Positions 11,309 to 21,900 of a DNA stretch of 64,000 nt are shown here, in pieces. Every line of letters starts with the position of its first letter. Positions within the stretch are counted from its first letter, which is position 1. The position numbers and the translations under genes were made by a program. Origin of the DNA: Diplonema japonicum (lineage: Eukaryota > Protista > Euglenozoa: Diplonemea); assembly GCA_964019335.1 (NCBI GenBank), contig OZ025680.1:496001-560000 (forward strand), in the 5' to 3' direction. The notes beneath the pieces were generated by a model. The model was not told where the DNA came from and made no database searches. It saw only the letters and a list, made by a program, of their open reading frames with translations.

Positions 11309-12097
11309 ATGACTGAGCCTTCCATCACCCCACGCCCCCCAACGGATTGGGTGGGAGGGTCCATCTCATGGTCAGTAACAATGATGGTGGCACAGTTCTG
11401 CTCTTTTGAGCAGTGCTCTGTAAGGGACGTTGTCGGGTGCTGTGGTGCGGTGATGGTCCTAAGAGGCAGCTTCACGATCGGGAAGTGGATTGAGATGTAC
11501 CTCCGCCTGTGTACCTTGTACTTCCTCCCTCAAGGCGATTTGTCAGCTGTGATGCTAGTTGGGAGCCTGGACCATGTTCGGGAACAGGCTGTGCTGGGCG
11601 TTGCAGGAATTTTCTGCCTTGCTACAACAGGTCTCTCTGCGGTGTATGGGTGTGTTGTTCTATTGATATTGCTTCTGTTCAACTCCACGCCTGTTGCCAG
11701 ATTCGCTACAGATAGCAAGGCTGCATCTTTAGTGTTGTTCTTGGGTGTCCAAGCAGGGCTTTGCTACATGGACAGGGCTCCTCTTCCGCCTGTTGTTCCC
11801 ATGGTGTTTTTGGCATTTGTGTGTTTGATCCTCCCTACGCCTTGTCCTGCTCCCACGTCACCTCTGGAGCCTGTTTTCGGGCATCTTCTCACGAAATTTT
11901 TCCTGGGCACCCTCCCCACTGTTGCCTCGCTAACCGCGGGTGTCATTTTATGTGCCGCAGCGGTCCTTCAGCTATTGGATCAGGGGGACCGCAGGGAGCG
12001 GCAGGACTATGGCAGCGACGATGTGCCTTTGCCTTCAGCTATCCGGGTCAAGTACAAACCCAGTGAGCGTGTTGTCGTGACCCTTGGGGACGAGTGA
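11309..12097 (+). CDS. Multi-pass membrane protein, probably a divergent EamA/DMT-superfamily transporter
   Basis: 262-aa hydrophobic ORF. The C-terminal PLEPVFGHLLTKFFLGTLPTVASLTAGVILCAAAVL resembles the EamA EPv..ll..lGe..G..l pattern. Confidence 0.5.
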   Translation: MTEPSITPRPPTDWVGGSISWSVTMMVAQFCSFEQCSVRDVVGCCGAVMVLRGSFTIGKWIEMYLRLCTLYFLPQGDLSAVMLVGSLDHVREQAVLGVAGIFCLATTGLSAVYGCVVLLILLLFNSTPVARFATDSKAASLVLFLGVQAGLCYMDRAPLPPVVPMVFLAFVCLILPTPCPAPTSPLEPVFGHLLTKFFLGTLPTVASLTAGVILCAAAVLQLLDQGDRRERQDYGSDDVPLPSAIRVKYKPSERVVVTLGDE

Positions 12098-12117
12098 CAG
12101 TTTTTTTTTTTTTATTT

Positions 12118-12700
12118 CACTCTTCAGAAATTACTTCACGCACTGGGGGGCCCATTACTTCACGCTAAATCTCATTACTTCACGGTGAAATAATGGCCTG
12201 TTTTCCGTGAAGTAATAGGGGGTTTCCGTTAAATAATATGCCTCGGTAGGCCAATTTTTGCCTCGGTTCGGTTCCCAGTGGGGCTACTTTTTCCTCTCAG
12301 TTTGCTATTTCCCCCCAGGTTCAGCTCAATTGGCCAACTTTTGCCTCGGCTCAGTTCCAAGTTGGACTACTGTTTCCTCCCAATTTGCCCACTTTTGGCT
12401 AGGCCTTGTTCCCAGTTTCTGGGGGTAACTCTTCTGTGGGTAAGGGTAACTTAGTCAGCTTACCCAAGCACCCCAAAAGACTTCAAAATACCGAAGCAGC
12501 AGAAAAAAAGGAGCCAGCGGCCGCGCTAGGTATGGGAAGGCCTGATTAGAGATGGTGACAGTGGCAATGCCAGCGACAGCGGCAGCTCTTAGTCAACAAA
12601 AGGAGGGAAAACAACTTGTATTGTAACCTTTGTAACCCCTCTCTTGTTGTACCCCTTGTCACCCCTGTTGTGCCCCTCGTGGTGAAGTAATTTCAGAGTG
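12118..12700. mobile_element. CACT-ended non-autonomous TIR element with subterminal motif array
   Basis: Left CACTCT(TCA)GAAATTACTTCAC versus right GTGAAGTAATTTCAGAGTG. ATTACTTCACG occurs at 12130, 12154 and 12174 and inverted at 12206. An internal duplication has a ~82-bp period (12250-12306 / 12332-12388). No clear TSD. Confidence 0.6.
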
Positions 12701-13270
12701 TCGTGAAATAAAACCACTTACCTACCGCCAAGTAATGCTTTACCGACCTCTCGAGGTAACGGTAAAGTCATTACTTGTTGGCAGTAAATAGCTATTTTTT
12801 TTTTTTTTTTCTTCTTCTTGTTGACAATTTTTTAGATTTTTTTCTTTTTACACGTTAGTTGATAAGGGGAGGGTAAGAAAGGTTGATAAACAAAAAGCTC
12901 TGTATCACCCGAAACAAGCAAAAAGAAATTTTAAAAAAAAAAAAAAGAAACAAAAAAAGAAAAGTGTATCGCCTTTCGGGAAAAATAAAAATAAAAAAGA
13001 GGGTGGTAAAACTACAAAGGTATCAATGAACCATTTCACCCCCCGAAGAAAAAAGAAGAGGGGAAAAAAAAAAGCTGACAACCAGCATTAAAAACGAACG
13101 GAAAAAGCCGATGAGGGGAAGAAAAAAAATCCCCCCCCTCCCCCCCCACTGAAAAATTCAACGTTTCCCCCCCCACCTTTATTTCAAAACATAAGTTCAA
13201 AGGGAATCGGTGTTGGTGGAGGGAGAGGGGGAAGGGGGAAGAACCTTTATATATCTTCAAAAAAAAAAAA

Positions 13271-14638
13271 ATGCCGCGTGACCGAAGACCGACGACATCA
13301 ATGAAGATAGAAGACCCCTTAGCATCACCGAGAATGACCAGCGCCCTGCAAGGCAGAAAGGTGTCAGTGGCAGTGTCAGTGTGCAACTTACTGTCAACGA
13401 TTATAGGAAGCGGAGTCCTCTCCTTAGCATGGGTGGTACAGGGCGTGGGACAGATGTGGTTCGTCATCTCCATGATCATCATGGGGTGGCTTGCCAACCT
13501 CTCTGTGGGGATGCTCGTTGAAGCTGCAGAACTCCGAGAAAAATACACATGGATGGAACTAGCAACAGATACATTCGGGCATGAAAAAGCAAAGTACATA
13601 TGCATCTTAGTCATCACGCAATGCTTCGGCTCCGTCACTTCCTACCTCGTTATCATAAAGGACCTCTTCACGATCTTCTTTCCTGGGTATCAATACCTGC
13701 TCACCACTCTACTCGCCACCTTCTTCATGTACCCCATTCTTCGGTCGAAAACTATTCTTCACATGGGTGTGTTTAGCTTTCTTGCGTCATGTTCCATTCT
13801 TCTGTTCCTTGTTTTCATTGCGGTTAAGTATGCGAGTGCAGGGGTCAACCCGGAAGCGGTGTTGTCGGGTCAGCCTGTGGAAAAGGGTTCCTTCTTGTCA
13901 TGCATTCCTGTTGTGTGCTTCTCCTTCACATGCCATCCTGCGGTGCTCGATGTTTTGAAGGAGCTCAAGGAATGTGATAAATTAGGACGAACAAAGCGGG
14001 TAAGAGGGAGAATGCACATGGCATCCACTACCGCTGTTATCAGTGCAACCTTTGTATACACTGCAGCAGGGCTTATCGGGTATTTGAGGTATAAAAATGG
14101 AAGCTTACCGAACCTGCTGAGTGCTGTAGGGAAGTATGAGGCAGATACGGTGACTACGCTGTTGCAGGTTGCCGTGCTTGCTTCGATATCCTTGCACGTG
14201 CCTCTTATAGCATACCCTTGCAGGAATTTGCTTAAATCTCTGACTCCGTGGTTGCACCCGGAGATACGTATGTTGTCCCTGATATATGTCCCACTTGTGT
14301 TTGCTCTACTCATTCCTGTCATCACTATGGTTTTCAGTTTCACTGGTGTCGTGGCTTCTATCTCTTTGGTGTTCCTTCTCCCCCCGTTGCTCTGCCAGGA
14401 GAGGAAAGTGCCGTTTGGTGTTGAAGCGACATCTGATGAGACGGTGGCGCTGCTTGGGAAGAGCAAGGATGAAGAAGATGTGGAAATGCAGCCGCCGCCT
14501 TCGCCTTTGGGTGAGTACGGAGGTGAGGTGTTAGAGGAAGAAGACCCAGCCAGCTACACAACTATGCCAAAAAGGGGTTTGCTGTTCACTTGCGGTGGGC
14601 TTTTGTTCATCCTGTCAGTGTCGGGCTGGATCGCTTAA
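13271..14638 (+). CDS. Amino acid transporter (AAAP / Aa_trans, SLC38-like)
   Basis: NLLSTIIGSGVLSL, FSFTCHPAV and GLIGYL motifs; about 11 hydrophobic helices. Confidence 0.92.
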   Translation: MPRDRRPTTSMKIEDPLASPRMTSALQGRKVSVAVSVCNLLSTIIGSGVLSLAWVVQGVGQMWFVISMIIMGWLANLSVGMLVEAAELREKYTWMELATDTFGHEKAKYICILVITQCFGSVTSYLVIIKDLFTIFFPGYQYLLTTLLATFFMYPILRSKTILHMGVFSFLASCSILLFLVFIAVKYASAGVNPEAVLSGQPVEKGSFLSCIPVVCFSFTCHPAVLDVLKELKECDKLGRTKRVRGRMHMASTTAVISATFVYTAAGLIGYLRYKNGSLPNLLSAVGKYEADTVTTLLQVAVLASISLHVPLIAYPCRNLLKSLTPWLHPEIRMLSLIYVPLVFALLIPVITMVFSFTGVVASISLVFLLPPLLCQERKVPFGVEATSDETVALLGKSKDEEDVEMQPPPSPLGEYGGEVLEEEDPASYTTMPKRGLLFTCGGLLFILSVSGWIA

Positions 14639-15392
14639 TTAATCATCAACTGTAGCTGACCATCCTTGTGCTGAGCAAAAAATAATTCTGCTTCTATTGC
14701 GATTTTTTTTCCCCCATCCCATAAAAGGACCGGGACTGATATTTCTGTCCTTTGTGTGGTGTTTTTTTTTTTTTTTTTTTTTTTTTATAAGGTAGTTGGG
14801 GGGTAAGTCTATTGTTTTTTTTTATTCGGGTAAAAACCGTCCGTGTGCAGCAAGCACTGGATTGGGATATAAGTTTTTTTCCCTCCCCCCCCTTCCCACC
14901 GGTTGAGTGTTTCTAACGAAGTACCATGGCGTAGGTGTCCTCTTCTTTCTTACATCTTTTTTTTTTATCTATTGACATTGTCAGACTACAAATATTAAAA
15001 AAAAAAGAATGGAGTAAGAGAGAGGAGGGGGGATCATCAATAAAAATAAAACGTTCATTTTTCCTAGTTTTCTAATCTTATTTCCATTCCCCCCCCCCCC
15101 CCCCCCCCCTCTTTTCTCCCCTTTCCCTATGCTACCTGAAGACCTTGCTATCCGGGGAGAAGGAGGGAACTAAAAAAAACTAAACAAGATAAACACGAGG
15201 AAGAAAAAAAAAAAGAAGAAAAGCATCTTCTGGCTACAAAAAAAAAAAAAAAAGAAAAGAAAAGAAGAAGGGATTTTGTAAATTTTTTATGTATTTGTTA
15301 TTTGTTGTTGGATGTACAAGAAAAAAAAAAGAAAACTTTCAAAAAAAAAAAAGGTGAATTTCAGCCGAAAGAAAAAAAAAAACTGTATTAAA

Positions 15393-15728
15393 ATGGTGAA
15401 GGCACCCAAGACTCTGCCCGCTGGTATGCACAACGAGGAGAAGCAGCTTGTTGAGCTTTACGTGCCCCGTAAGTGCTCGGCCACCAACCAGCTCATCCAC
15501 GTATGATAAACAAAAGAAGAAGAAAAAGAGAAAAAAAAAAAAAAAAAACCCCAGGCCGCTGACCACGCTTCCGTTCAGTTCAACATCGGTGACATCGACG
15601 ACAACGGTAACTACACCGGCACCTTCAAGACGTACGCCTTCTCTGGCTTCATCAGGGAGAAGGCTGGATCCGACCAGGCCCTCAACAGGCTTTGCCTCAG
15701 GGACCGCATCCTCTGCGAGGCCTACTAG
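15393..15728 (+). CDS. RPS21: 40S ribosomal protein S21 (eS21), copy 1; intron 15501-15554
   Basis: Spliced product reads MHNEEKQLVELYVPRKCSATNQLIH|AADHASVQFNIGDID, the eS21 signature; 93 aa. Confidence 0.96.
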
Positions 15729-16109
15729 ACAGATTATCAATGAAGTGGGAGGAAGGAGAAAAAAAAAAAAAGAGGGAAAAAAAAAAGCTGGCAAACACCG
15801 TCTTTGTTTCGAGGAGGGGAAAAAAAAATTGGATAGAGAAAGAAAACATGTTAAGCGGTCCTGGTGAGGCCCTGAGCAGCGGGTAAGAAGAAATTAAAAA
15901 AAAAAAAAGAAAAGGGAGGCGGTCCCACTTTTTTTTATTATTTTTTTTTTCTGTGTTTTTTTTTTTTCTCCTCCAAAAAAAAAAGGTCATTTTTTTTTTC
16001 TTTTTTTTTTCTTTCTCGGTCATGAAAAAAAAAGTGTTTTGTTTTAATGTTGCTCAAGAAAAGTCGTATTTTTTTTCCAGGAAAAAGAAAAAAAAAAGAC
16101 TTTATTAAA

Positions 16110-16442
16110 ATGGTGAAGGCACCCAAGACTCTGCCCGCTGGTATGCACAACGAGGAGAAGCAGCTTGTTGAGCTTTACGTGCCCCGTAAGTGCTCGGCCA
16201 CCAACCAGCTCATCCACGTATGATAAACAAAGAAAAAAGTGGGGAAAAAAAAACACCCCCCCCCCCAGGCCGCTGACCACGCTTCCGTCCAGTTCAACAT
16301 CGGTGACATCGACGACAACGGTAACTACACCGGCACCTTCAAGACGTACGCCTTCTCTGGCTTCATCAGGGAGAAGGCTGGATCCGACCAGGCCCTCAAC
16401 AGGCTTTGCCTCAGGGACCGCATCCTCTGCGAGTCCTACTAG
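16110..16442 (+). CDS. RPS21: 40S ribosomal protein S21 (eS21), copy 2; intron 16218-16268
   Basis: Tandem copy with 2 coding differences seen (one synonymous, one A to S near the C-terminus). The intron is at the same position and its 3' half has diverged. Confidence 0.96.
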
Positions 16443-16612
16443 GTAAAGCGGATCCAGTGTAGAGGGATTTTTTTTTCTCTTCTTTTTTTCTTCAAAAAAA
16501 TTTTTTCATATCCCCCCCCTCCATTTCAAAAAACGGGGGGGGGGAAAAAACGAGAAAAAAAAAAGGAGGAGGAGGCAGGGGGGAAGCAAAAAAGAAAGAG
16601 GAGAAAAAAAAA

Positions 16613-18156
16613 ATGTCATATGAAGCGGCAGGCTACCCTGAGCAGTATCAGGGCGAGTATCAAAATGAATATCAAGGAGGGAAAGGGGAACGTATGTCGA
16701 GCAACAACAACAAAAACAAGACCAAAAAAAAAAAAAAAAAAAAAAACCACCCCTCCCACAGACAAAACGGTGAGCAACCCAACAAATGTCGTGTACTTCT
16801 CTGTATCCAACCCCATGTACAAGGTCGATGTGGCCATGATGCATGATGTCTTCTCCAGGCACGGGACGCCTCTCAAGATCTACATTTTCAACAAGGACGG
16901 GCACCCCCAGGGCTTCTGCGAGCTGCAGGGCGTCGATGAGGCACGCAGCGTGGTGGACGAGCTTCACAAAAAATTTCTGTTCGACGGCGGTGCGAACCAG
17001 CTGACTATGAAGCTGACAACAAGGAAGTCGCTCACCGTGAAAGGGAACGATGGGAACAACTGGGACGTGGCTGCGGGGAAGCCTCCTATGCAATCCACGG
17101 ACGACGACTACACCCAACCACCCCCACCCCAAGGCAAAGGCAGAAAAGGCCGACAAGCAGGAGGCAAAGGCAGCGGCCCACCAACCTCACAAGGCTACGG
17201 TTACAACCCTTACCCACAACAACACGGCTACGATGACTGGGACAACAACTACAACCAAGGGTACGGGCACCAGAGCGGCGGGAGGGGTCAGGGCAAGGGC
17301 CGACATGACGACAAGTCAGCAACGACACCAGTAGTGCTGTTCAACGGTCTTCCAACCATCACAGACACCACCGGGAGAAGGGTGGTCACAACAGACTCTT
17401 TGTTTGTTCTCTGCGGGTGCTACGGCGACGTTGTCAAGGTGAAGTTCCTTAAGGAGCCAACCCAAGCGTTGGTCGAAATGACATCTGTACGCCAAGCGGA
17501 GACTGTCCGGATGCACCTTGACAAGCTCGTCCTCTTCGGTACCCCAATCCGTGCACATGGTGCCACCAACGACAACGTCTCCAAAACAAAAGGACAGGTC
17601 ACCGACGTCATGAAGTACTGGGAGTATCACGGGTCCAAGCTGCACAGATTTACCAATGCGAAAAGCTATGATAACATTGCCTGTCCGAAGCCCACCCTTG
17701 TGGTATGGGGGTATCCTGATGGGTATCCCGAAGCTGACCTCCTCCTCGTCTTCGCCAACTACGGCACCATAGAAGCCTATAAGGTCGGCCCGCAAGGGAA
17801 CTCCGGCCAAATGCTGCTCATCCAGCTGGAGACCACCGACCAGGCGACGGTGTGCTTGTTGAACCTGCACGACCTCGCAGTGTCTGGGGACGGGGGGAAG
17901 ACCAGCAACCTCCGGATTAACTTCGCGAAAGAAAACATCCACACACCCTCAGAGGACCACCCGCAGACTTTTTGCAATGTAATCGTCAAGGGCCTCCCTG
18001 AAGACTTCACCAACGAGCAGCTCTTTGACCTCTTCTCGCCCTACGGTAATATGAAACGGCATACTATATGGAAAGACAAAACAACTTCAAAAAGCAAAGG
18101 TTTCGGGCTTGTAGACTACAGCGTATGTTGGGCTTTGAAAGGAGGGTGGGGAATAA

Positions 18157-18243
<87 letters not shown>

Positions 18244-18345
18244 ACACAGTCCGTGGAAGAAGCAAAAGCAGCAATCCACGCCCTTCATGGGACACTGATG
18301 CCTGGCGGCACTGCCCCCTTGCAAGTTAGCAGTAAGTATATTTGA
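16613..18345 (+). CDS. PTB / hnRNP-L family RNA-binding protein with an extra C-terminal RRM; exons 16613-16691, 16762-18122, 18250-18345
   Basis: PTB-like RRMs (VSNPMYKVDVAMMHDVFSRHG; VTTDSLFVLCGCYGDVVKVKFL; YHGSKLHRF..NIACPKPTL). The final RRM (VKGLP..SKGFGLVDYS|SVEEAKAAIHALHG) is completed only by splicing 18123-18249. A further donor at 18332 (GTAAGT) is possible. Confidence 0.85.
18157..18244 (+). repeat. (TAAA)n microsatellite, ~22 units, intronic
   Basis: Read directly; lies inside intron 18123-18249. Confidence 0.95.
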
Positions 18346-18913
18346 GCTTTTTTTTTTCTTTTTTTTTTCTCCCTCCTTGCTTCAGTTAAAGATTTGGGAA
18401 AGTTGCTTTGTAACAAACAAAAAAAAACAGAAAGAAAAAGAAAAAGTGTACCCCCCCCCTTTTTTTGCCTCTTTATATTCACACGTTTATATTTCTTTTT
18501 TTCTTTTTAAAGTCCAAGTGTTTTAAGAATACCGATAAGTAGCGTGTTAATTTCTTTTTTTACTTCCGAGACAAAATGAAGGGGGCGGGGGAGGAGGGAG
18601 GGAGGGGGGGAGAAAAGACAGGGATAAGAGAAGGGGGGGGAAAATAAGAGAGGCAAAGAAAACGAAACACATTTGTAGTCACACCTCCCTTCCTTCATCG
18701 GCTCGTACCTTGATGGTTTTCTTATTTTTTTCATTTTTTTATTTTCTCCCCTCTTCTCATTTCTTATTTTTTACCCTCAGATAGCGGGGATCCCCCCTTT
18801 TTTCCCTTCTCTTTGCGTTTTTATTTTCCTTTGCTGTCCCTAATAAGTCACCCTTATCTCAGTTCCAGCTTGGAAATAAAAACATGTATTGAGTACTGAG
18901 AACGACGGTTGCA

Positions 18914-21900
18914 ATGGCTCAAAACCTAAACTCGATTGTTCATATTTTTCTTGCCGTGTGTTGGGCAGGGATGACGAGTGGGGGCTATGTATGCCCTGAG
19001 GGATGGATCCCTATCAATAATATGTGCTACAAGATGGCCGCGTCGGGTGCTCTGCTTGAATGGGTTGACGCGAAAGATAGCTGCGCAAGCATTGGTGGTC
19101 GCCTAGCTGTGGTTCAGGACTCCACGCAGAAGGGCTCTGCTTGGACAGTGGCGTGTGGTGGATTGGGTTGTATGACGCAATGTAATTTCCCTTCTCAAGG
19201 GGTTTGGACTGGCTCGTACTCGGGTGACCCTGACTCCCCCTCATCCGGTCCAGGAAAGTCCTGGGCCTGGTATAGCACTACCCCTGTTGTTGCTTTTGAC
19301 TCTACCGCCACCTTCGGCCCATTAGCACAGCTTTCTTCAGCTGCCCACGCTTGCGGTCTGATCAGCACAGAGCCTTCTTCTATCTCGTATTACCTTAAGC
19401 GAGAACTCTGCAACGTCCAAGCCAAAGCCCTCTGTGAAAAAGACCCCCTCCCCCTCCCCACTCACAACAACGGTTGGGCGTACATCGGTTCACAGCTATA
19501 CAGCGTCGGTAAGGTCAAAGGCGACTGGGGGGAAGGCAACACTGCATGCACCACTGCGGGAGGCACAGGGTACCTCGCCATACGAAGCACCGCCGAGCGG
19601 GAAATCCTCGTAGATTCCATCGGCTGTAGCGCACCCTTCGCCGGTCTGTCTTGCAATGGATGCATTGATGAGAGTGACATGGCCTCCGCCTCTATGTGGA
19701 ACTGGCAGGACAACTCTCAAGCGGTACCAGGTCTCTGGGGCAGTGCTCCGCAGATCAAAGCTACATGCACCATGTTACAAGGAACGGGAGGTTCACAGCA
19801 ATACAGTAATAGAGGTTTATATAGAGCGAGCTGTTCTGCTAGCAGGTATAATCTGTGTGGTAGTCCCGTTCCTGCGACTCCTACTCCACCTACACTGGCA
19901 CCCGCTACTCCAGCACCTGCCACACCGGCTCCGGCAACACCAGCACCTTCCACTCCTGCTCCAGCAACATCTGCACCTGCTACCCTTGCACCTGCCACTT
20001 CAGCTCCGGCAACACCAGCACCTTCCACTCCTGCTCCGGCAACATCTGCACCTGCTACCCTTGCACCTGCCACTCCGGCTCCAGCAACACCTGCACCTGC
20101 TACCCCTGCACCTGCCACTTCAGCTCCCGCAACACCAGCACCTTCCACTCCTGCTCCAGCAACATCTGCACCTGCTACCCTTGCACCTGCCACTCCGGCT
20201 CCGGCAACACCTGCACCTGCTACCCCCGCACCTGCCACTTCAGCTCCAGCAACTCCAGCACCTTCCACTCCCGCTCCGGCAACACCTGCACCTGCTACCC
20301 CAGCTCCAGCAACATCTGCACCTGCCACTCTCGCTCCAGCAACACCTGCACCTGCTACCCCCGCACCTGCCACTTCAGCTCCGGCAACATCTGCACCTGC
20401 TACCCTTGCACCTGCCACTCCGGCTCCGGCAACACCTGCACCTGCTACCCCAGCTCCAGCAACATCTGCACCTGCCACTCTCGCTCCAGCAACACCTGCA
20501 CCTGCTACCCCCGCACCTGCCACTTCAGCTCCGGCAACATCTGCACCTGCTACCCTTGCACCTGCCACTCCGGCTCCGGCAACACCTGCACCTGCTACCC
20601 TTGCACCTGCCACACCTGCTCCGGCAACATCTGCCCCTTCCACTCCTTCTCCGGCAACACCTGCACCTGCTACCCTTGCACCTGCCACACCTGCTCCGGC
20701 AACACCTGCACCTGCTACCCCAGCTCCAGCAACATCTGCACCTGCTACCCTTGCACCTGCCACTTCAGCTCCGGCAACACCAGCACCTTCCACTCCCGCT
20801 CCAGCAACACCTGCACCTGCTACCCCAGCTCCAGCAACATCTGCACCTGCCACTCCCGCTCCGGCAACATCTGCCCCTTCCACTCCTTCTCCGGCAACAC
20901 CAGCGCCTGCCACTCCCGCTCCGGCAACACCTGCACCTGCCACTTCAGCTCCGGCAACATCTGCACCTGCTACCCTTGCACCTGCCACACCTGCTCCGGC
21001 AACACCTGCACCTGCTACCCCAGCTCCAGCAACATCTGCACCTGCCACTCCCGCTCCGGCAACATCTGCACCTGCTACCCCAGCTCCGGCAACATCTGCC
21101 CCTTCCACTCCTTCTCCGGCAACACCAGCGCCTGCCACTTCAGCTCCAGCAACACCAGCACCTTCCACTCCTACTCCAGCAACATCTGCGCCTGCTACCC
21201 TTGCACCTGCCACTCCCGCTCCGGCAACACCTGCACCTGCTACTCCGGCTCCAGCAACATCTGCACCTGATACTGCTGCCCCCGCTACTCCAGCACCTGC
21301 CACTCCGGCTCCGGCAACATCTGCCCCTTCCACTCCTTCTCCGGCAACACCTGCACCTGCTACTCCGGCTCCAGCAACATCTGCACCTGATACTGCTGCC
21401 CCCGCTACACCAGCACCTGCCACCCCTGCTCCAGCAACATCTGCACCTGTCACACCAGCTCCAGCAACACCAGCACCTTCCACTCCAGCACCTGCTACCC
21501 CGGCTCCGGCAACATCTGCACCTGCCACTCCTTCTCCGGCAACACCTGCGCCTGCTACCCCAGCACCTTCCACTCCAACACCTGCTACCCCGGCTCCGGC
21601 AACATCAGCACCTGTCACACCAGCAGCAACACCAGCACCTGATACTGATGCTCCGGCAACATCTACACCTGCCACTCCTTCTCCGGCAACACCAGCGCCT
21701 GCTACTCCAGCACCTTCCACTTCAGCTCCGGCAACATCTTCACCTGCCTCACCGGCTCCGGCAACCTCTGCACCTGCTACTCCAGCACCTTCCACTCCTG
21801 CACCTGCTACTCCAGCACCTGCTACTCCCACTCCGGCAACTCCTGCACCTGCCACTCCTGCTCCAGCAACATCTGCACCTGATACTCCTACCCCTGCTAC

